The notes under the pieces were generated by a model. The model had not been told where the DNA came from and ran no database searches. It saw only the letters and a list, made by a program, of their open reading frames with translations. This document shows positions 56,351 to 64,000 of a stretch of DNA of 64,000 nucleotides, in pieces. Source of the stretch: the human T2T-CHM13v2.0 reference genome, Homo sapiens; the NCBI RefSeq assembly GCF_009914755.1, contig NC_060936.1. One strand, written 5' to 3'. How positions within the stretch are numbered: the first letter of the stretch is position 1; every line of letters starts with the position of its first letter. The position numbers were made by a program, and so were the translations under genes.

Positions 56351-58081
56351 GGAGGGAGTAGAGGTGTCTTATACTTGTGGGTTAAGGTGGGGAGATACAA
56401 GGGGAGGATGTGAAGGAGGCTTTGAACTGGGGGAAAAGATGGCAATGAGGTGTGGCTGTAGCCCAGGAATAGTCAGGGAAGCAGATAATTTAGTTAAAGT
56501 GTCTCAGCCTAATAAGGGAACTGAACAGGTGGGGTTAACTAAAAAGGAGTGCTTAAAAGAGTATTGTCTAAGTTAGCACCAGAGTTGGGGAGTTTTAAGA
56601 GGTTTAGAAGCCTGGCCATCAATACCTACAACAGTTATGGAGGCAAGGGAAACAGGCCCTTGAAAAGAAGGTAATGTGGAGTGGGTAGCGTCCGTATTGA
56701 TTAAGAATGGGACGGACTTACCTTCCATTGTGAGAGTTACCTGAAGCTCAGCATCCGTGATGGTTTAGGGGGCTTCTGAGGCGATCGGGCAGTGTCAGTC
56801 TTCAGCCACTAAGCTGAGAAGATTGGGGAAGGAGTCAGAGAGCCTTGGGCCAGAGTTCCAGGGTCTCTGGAAATGGCTGCCAGGTGAGTTGAACAGTCCA
56901 ATTTTCAGTGGGGTCCCACACAGATGGGTCATGGCTTACGAGGAATCCCGGGCTGTGGGCATTCCTTGGCCCAGTGGCCAGATTTCTGGCATGTGTAGCA
57001 AGCTCCTGGGGGAGGAGGTTCTGGAGGAACCCCCGGCAGCTGCAGTTCAGGCGTTTGGAGTTGTGGGCTGGAGATATGGCTGGGGTTTGTCTCACAGTGG
57101 AGGCAAGGAATTGCAACTCAGAAATACATTGCTACTTGGCTACCTCTACTCTATTATTGTACACCTTGAAGGTGAGGTTAATTAAGTCCTGTTGTGGGGT
57201 TTGAGGGCTGGAACTTAATTTTTGGAGTTTTATTTAATGTCAGGAGCAGATTGGGTAATACAATGTATATTGAGAATAAGATGGCCTTTTGACCTTTTAG
57301 GGTCTAGGGCTGTAAAGCGTCTCAGGGTTGCTGCCGAACAAGCCATGAACTGGGCTGGGTTTTTCATATTTGATGAAAAAGAGCCTAAATGCTAACTGAT
57401 TTTGGGAGAGGTCTGATAAAGAAAAAGGAGCATTAACCTTGACTATGCCTTTAGCTCCAGCCACCTTTTTAAGAGGAAATTGCTGGGCAGGTGGGGGAGG
57501 GCTAGTTGTGGAAGGAAACTGTAAGCTGGACCCGGTGTGAGGAAGGGAGGTGATAAAAGGATTATAGTGTGGGGGATCAGAGGCTGAGGAAGAATTGGGA
57601 CTTGGCTCAGCCTGGCTAGGAGCAGCCTGGGGAGAAGGGGAGAAGTCAGATGGGTCTGTAGAAAAGGAAGATTAGAAAGACTCAGCGACGCTTGGGGTTG
57701 GGACTGGGAAGACAGGCGGGAGGGAAAGAAGGAGGATTTGGGATGAGTCACATTGGGAACAGAGACTAGGGAGGGAACAATGTGTAAAAGAATGCCTGGA
57801 CGTCAGGCACCTCAGACTATTTGCCTATTTTACAATAAGAATTATCTAGATCTTGTAGGATGGAAAAATTGAAAGTGCTGTTTTCTGGCTATTTGGAACA
57901 ACTATCGAGTTTATATTGGGGTCAAGCAGCATTGTAGAAGAAAAATAAGGCATTTAGGTTTAGGTCAGGTGTGAGTTGAAGAGGTTTTAAGTTCTTGAGA
58001 ACACAGGCTAAGGGAGAAGAAGGAGGAATGGAGGGTGGAAGGCTGCCCATAGTGAAGGAGGCAAGCCCAGAGAAAAGAGAG

Positions 58082-58452
58082 AGTAGAGACACGGAGAGAA
58101 GGGGTGGGGGGTGCTTGCCCCCAGGAAAGTGGAAAAGGGGTAGAGACACGGAGAGGAGGGGTTGGGGGGTTCTTGCCCCCCACAAAAGTGGAGAAGCAGT
58201 AGAGACACGGAGAGAAGGGGTTGGGGGGGTTGTTGCCCCCTAGAAAAGCAGTACTTGCTGCTAAGGGTGAAGGAGAAGGGGCTGGGGGGTTCTTGCCTTC
58301 CAGAAAAGCAGAGAAGGGGTAGAGACATGGAGAGAAGGAGTCAGGGGGTTCTTGCCCCCTAGAAAAGCAGAGAAGGGATAGAGACATGGAGAGAAGGGGT
58401 CGGGGGGTTCTTGCCCCCCAGAAAAGTGGTACTTGCCACTAAGGGTGAAGGA
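58082..58452. repeat. G-rich ~60-bp tandem repeat (about 6 units) in the HERV-H leader
   Basis: Recurrent AGAGACAYGGAGAGAAGGGG...GGGGTTCTTGCCCC..AGAAAAG. Confidence 0.85.
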
Positions 58453-58864
58453 CCAAGGCAGGCTTCCTCGCGTGGTCAGACACCTCTGAAACGTGGATGA
58501 ATAATCAGGCAGGCATCCCCATGTGATTAAACACCAAGGGAAGACTGTCTTCCTGAGTCCGTGACTGGCGCCGGAGTTTTGGGTCCGGATAAAATGCGTC
58601 TCCTGTCTCTATGAGAAAAGGAAAGGAACTGAAATTAAGAGAAGGGAGAGACTGAAGTGTGGCGCCAAGATTGAAAGGAGAAAGAGGTTGAGGGATAGTG
58701 AGAGAGGTTGGAGAAGAGAGTAAAAAGAGGCCGCTTACCTGATTTAAAATGGGTGTGGTGTTCCTTGGGCAGGTCAGTCTGAGGATCTGAGGTTGTAGGT
58801 GGATCTTTCTCACGGAGCAAAGAGCAGGAGGACAGGGGATTGATCTGCCAAGGGAGGTCCCCTG

Positions 58865-58882
58865 ATCTGAGTCACAGCACCA
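58865..58882 (-). promoter_or_regulatory. Primer-binding site, tRNA-His type
   Basis: Minus strand TGGTGCTGTGACTCAGAT versus canonical TGGTGCCGTGACTCGGAT; both differences are at CpGs. Confidence 0.85.
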
Positions 58883-58885
58883 AAA

Positions 58886-59334
58886 TTTAACTCGCATCCA
58901 TGTGAAGAGACCACCAAACAGGCTTTGTGTGAGCAACAAGGCTGTTTATTTCACCTGGGTGCAGGCAGGCTGAGTCCAAAAAGAGAGTCAGCAAAGGGAG
59001 ATAGGGGTGGGGCTGTTTTATAAGATTTGGGTAGGTAAAGGAAAAAGAGGGGTTGTTCTCTGGCAGGCAGGAGTGGGGGTCACAAAGTGCTCAGTCAGGG
59101 AGCTTTTTAGGCCAGGATGAGCCAGGAGAAGGAATTTCACAAGGTAATGTCATCAGTTAAGGCAAGGACCAGCCATTTTCACTTCTTTTGTGGTGGAATG
59201 TCATCAGTTAAGGCAGGAACAGGCCATTTAAATATTACTTCTTTTCTGATTCTTCAGTTACTTCAGGCCATCTGGATGTATACGTGCAGGTCACAGGGGA
59301 TATGATGGCTTAGCTTGGGCTCAGAGGCCTGACA
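58886..59334 (-). promoter_or_regulatory. HERV-H 5' LTR (LTR7), promoter oriented leftwards
   Basis: Copy of 53147-53588, adjacent to the PBS; TATA-like TATAAAA on the minus strand near 59016-59022. Confidence 0.9.
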
Positions 59335-59509
59335 CTTTTAAATTGGCTTTGATGGAACTCTCTTCCACAAGGAATTTCAGATAAGACCTTTTAAAGCTGA
59401 GCTTAACAATGGGTTTGTACCCTCAAATACCTATGAGTTAGGTAAATTCCTCTCTTCTTAAGGTGGCAAAAGCATGGGGCTCCTGGGCCTGATAGAAAGT
59501 GACATACTT

Positions 59510-59819
<310 letters not shown>

Positions 59820-62800
59820 TTACTCACCACAGTTTAGAAACCCTGTATGGGGGCTGTGTAAACAAAGTATGAGGCCAGTTTTCCCAGGGGGCTTTTATTG
59901 CCTCTGCAAGTCAAACTTGATTCCTTAAAGGGAAGCATATCCTTCCAGCCAAAGCCTTGGTAAAACATCCAGTTTCTCCAATTGTGTCCTGTTGCAAAAG
60001 AAAATGGATTCTTATTGCACTAATGCAAATAAGTATATTGCCATAAGCTAAGAATACTCACAAATAGTTTTCAAATTCTGGAGAAGCCAGGCAGAGAGCA
60101 ACAAATATGTTTGAAATTTTGTTCACAGGTATATATTTTACTCAATTATTAAACACTGTAAATAGCTCAAAATAAGTTTCCTTGATTCTGAGAAACAAAA
60201 CAAGTATCAGCAAGGATTTAAGCACAAAGGTTAAAAAGATTACTTCAGTTTTCTGTTAGTTCAGTCCATTCTGTTAACTTTTATTCTGTTTGATATCCAT
60301 GAACATTTCAACTCTTCAGGTGTCCTGTACATTTTTCCTTTGTTCCAATATTACAATCTTCAGAGATATCAGAAACCTACATTTAACAGCACCTGTCAAA
60401 GTCCTATAGCTGATTATAAACCATCTTTTGAAAAGGATTAAAGCAAGGCAACACTTATCTGTGAATGACAAAATATCCAGGGTAGTTACAGTCAAAAACA
60501 CAATTGACAAAGAAATGTAGTTATTTCTGTGGTTTACAATAACTTGACATAATAAACTTAATTATGATTGATAGCATATATTCAGACATTAGAATTTTTA
60601 AAATCCCATACAATTTTGGAACATATATTAATATTATTCACTGAAATATAACCTGAAGAAGATTAAACATTATTTTGGCAATCCCATGTAACTAAACATG
60701 TGAAATAATCCTGTTTACCTTTCTTTTGAATACTCCAAGAGCCCTCTGTAGCATCCAAAAGCTAGAGGTTAGGAAAGACAATTTTTGAAGCTGAAGTTTG
60801 ACTTTAGGAAGTCTGTTAAATGTGTTGAAGGTTCAAAACACCTGATATTATGAAATAGAATAGCAGATTACCATAAGTTATTTATTTAGCCAAAATGATG
60901 ACTCAGAAATTTTTAAAAAGGCAAAAACTTTTCATTATCTTTTACTATTACATGAAAATCTTGTTCAAGAGAGAAAGCCAAATTTTACTCTTGCATTAGT
61001 CTACTATTAATATCAACTCCATTTTTAAATGAAACCTTATAGATAATTCTATTCAATCTTAACCAGTTTGACCATCAGATGAAATTCTTGTAATCCTTTT
61101 ATAACTCTACAAATTTTTGTGAAAGAGCAGGTCAGTGCCTCAAGAAAACCTTGTTGTGCTTTTATTTCAATGCTTAATTTACAGAAAAACCAAATAATAC
61201 CCTTTTGAAGTTAGTCAATATGTTACACATAGAGCTTCTTTTATAAGATTATTTTTATAAACCTTTCTCCACTTGTTTAAACCTTCAGTTTTATCTTGTC
61301 TAATTCAAAACAATCCTTTAACCCTAGGCAAAAATTTACATTCCCTTGTCTTCTTATCTTTTACTAAAAACATATTTTACTTTGTTTACACACATTGCAT
61401 GTAAGTCTATTTTCAGTAGTCTCAATTACATGTTATAACAGCAACTCTTAGCAATTTTTAATTTTAGTGTAAAACTTGGTTATTTAAATTATGTAGTAGG
61501 CACAGATAAGATCTGACTCTTTCCAGTATAGTTAAGGGTGTGGTTAATTCCATATGTCCTCAGCCTTACCAAATTGTAAAGCAGGCAGGTCAAAAAGTTC
61601 TCAAATAACAAAGAAGTAGTTTATAACCTTAAAACATTTCGCAAACCTAGTATCTAACCCACATAATTTAGACCACTTGTTTACATTCTGAAGACATTTG
61701 TATTTTACCAATTATCTTTAAAATTGTTTTTATTTCTCAAAGATTAAAGTCACGTGAACTAAAAGGCATTACAGCTTTTATTTTTCCTTCAAAATATTTG
61801 GTCTAAGCACTTGTTTTTCTTTAGGCTAATCAATTAGAGCTCTTTTTTATAAATATCACACATATAACACATATATAACTATACAGACAGATAGAAGAAG
61901 ATACAGTAATTGTAAGATTTTTCATTTGCCAATCTCATAATTGGATTATTGGCCTCAGGATGGAGGCTTTCAAAAGCACCGCTAGGAGAGCATGCAATTT
62001 CTACAGCCTAATAAACAGGCATAGCCAGAAGACAAAAACAGATTTTGAGAGGTATCCATCAGCTTTCAATTCCTGGGATTCTGTGAGGAAAACAGTTTTC
62101 TTCCGAAAATGGGGTCCACAGCACCTTCTCTGTTTTTACCGCCAAGTCCCATGCCCTCAGAAGTTACCTTAGGGCCTCTCCTGCATGCATAAATAGTGGC
62201 AAGACAAAATGGGGAAAAATAATTCAGTTGACAGAAAAACACCTTTTTCCAGAAAAACAAGATCCAGGAAGAGAAAAACAAAAAGGCCTTTAAAATATAC
62301 CTATAACTTTGATATCCACTTTCAATTAAGCTGAGCATCCTTTAAGAAAATCCTTTTAAATTCCTTAGTACCCAACTTTAGCCATGCCAAGTAGCCAATA
62401 TTTCTAGCTTTTGAACTTTACCAAAAGTGAAACAGGTGAAAATAACAAGCCTCAATTAAGGTTATGACTTGACCGTGAGTGTACAAAGTATTTTCAAAGA
62501 GGTGGTAAGCAGTTTCTACAAAATCTAGAATCTTTAAAGGTAGCTGAGAGAAAGAATGATTCAACAAAGGAAGCCAGAAGTTATTCATGGAGAGAAAAAG
62601 AATCAGCAAATGGCCAAAGTAACACAGATATTAACCAGAAAGTATCCATCCCCTAAGCCAGGATTGAACCTGCACTGCCATTGTAAAATGGCAAAGGCCA
62701 AAAGAAAGTACTACCATGTGGTTACAAGATCAAGCTCCCAAGGATGTAAAACAAGATGGAGACCTGCACCAAAGCTCGTTACTGACCAGTTTGCTGGGCT

Positions 62801-64000
62801 GGCTTGAACAGCGGGCTTTTTGGGGTCCTAGGCCTGCATTCTATCCTAAGGCATTCCTCCATGTGACAAAACCATACAGAAAGACACACACAACGCTCAC
62901 CAGATTGCCTATAGCCCAAGACTGGCCTCATAAATCCTTTTTTCCATTAATCAAAATGTTACAGAGGATGTAAACAGTGACCTTTACCATTTATGTTACC
63001 AGTTTGCACAGGGAGAGACAGGCCAAAAGTCTGACTGGTAAGAACTTTTACTTTTTGCCAGCATGTCAGCCTTCTGGGTTCCCCTCCTCCAAGATCAATT
63101 TTAAGCCAAGCAGTTTAAGGTTTGAGGAAACTAATTTTTCCCAGTTTGGGGGATGCATCCGAGGAAAGCGTCCTGTGTTACAGGGACACAATTACCCATC
63201 TGTGAAGAGAGGACAGAGGAGGAAAAAGAAAAAGGAAGTTATCTCTTTTTTTTTTTTTCCAGAGGAGTCCCAGTGATTCAGGAGGTATTCAAGACTCCTG
63301 ATAGATTGAAAACTATTGGTTACCCATCTAGGAAGAGGGGAACAAGGCGTCCCTAGTCCTTTTTTCTTTCTGCGAAATATCCAGGGTATGTGAGGGAGAG
63401 AGAGAAGAGGCCCCCCTTCCTTCTTCCATCTTCATATCCCCAAGTCCCAGTAACCTCAACAGGGTGCTGCCCATGGGTGCCAATGCTGCTTTTCCCCCCA
63501 TATTAACAGGGAGTCCTAGGTGGTGATAATTACCTGCATTTAGCCATGTGCTGCCTCCTCCCTGTTTTTGGTAAGCTTTGAGTTCCCTAGACCTCATTTA
63601 TGCCATGGATACTAGCATGACCTCCATCCATGAAATGAAAGGGGGCCTAATTGGCAGGAATTCATCATGCTAAGGAAAAGCTGTGGAGCTGGTTCCTCCT
63701 CAAACAAGGGAGAGAAAAGAGTGTCTCGTGTTTAGGGGTCTGGGCCTAATAAGATGTCGTCCGAAAGGAAAAGAAACCTAAATCCTGACATGGTGGAGAA
63801 AAGGGGGAAAATAAAATAGCTTAAGTGTAGGGTGGGGAGGATGGTTTGGGGCAGCGGAAAAAAAGGAAGAAAAAAACCTCTTGCTTTATGCAAATGGGTT
63901 CTTCTAACAGGGAGAAAAACTCTTAATTGTTGAACCCTCTTCTTGGCTCAGCCAGGGGAGGAAGACTTCACGTGGCGGGAGGGGGCAGTGAATGGGAAAC

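Noticed and set aside
58082-58452. CRISPR-like repeat array
   Set aside because: Degenerate tandem units without unique spacers, inside a primate ERV leader, with no cas genes
62648-62700. tRNA-like fragment (GGATTGAACC B-box-like)
   Set aside because: Too degenerate for a cloverleaf; lies within ERV internal sequence

Overview
This is a repeat-dense primate region, most likely human given a near-perfect AluYg6-type element. It appears intergenic or intronic, and I found no recognisable cellular exon. The recognisable ORFs in the track are decayed L1/ERV fragments, antisense Alu frames or microsatellite artefacts; the rest are short with no recognisable product. Main contents: (1) a nested stack of old L1s at 3.0-10.7 kb; (2) a full-length but dead L1PA6/7-type element from 10.9 kb; (3) a young-L1/old-L1 fusion without a target-site duplication (TSD) at 26-32 kb; (4) solo LTRs (MST, LTR12, LTR15-like, THE1, MER21, MLT1); (5) DNA-transposon relics (MER44, MER96B-like, Tigger3a, MADE1); (6) about 13 Alus; (7) a two-LTR HERV-H provirus at 53.1-59.3 kb on the minus strand, carrying an AluY and inserted into an older MER61/MER4-group ERV. 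The most notable observation is that the 13-bp TSD of the full-length L1 (AAAATGTCTTCCA) closes only at 17897-17909, after a second poly(A). This implies a ~1 kb L1 3' transduction. I see no evidence for a new biological system. Subfamily names come from recalled consensus motifs and need RepeatMasker/Dfam confirmation.
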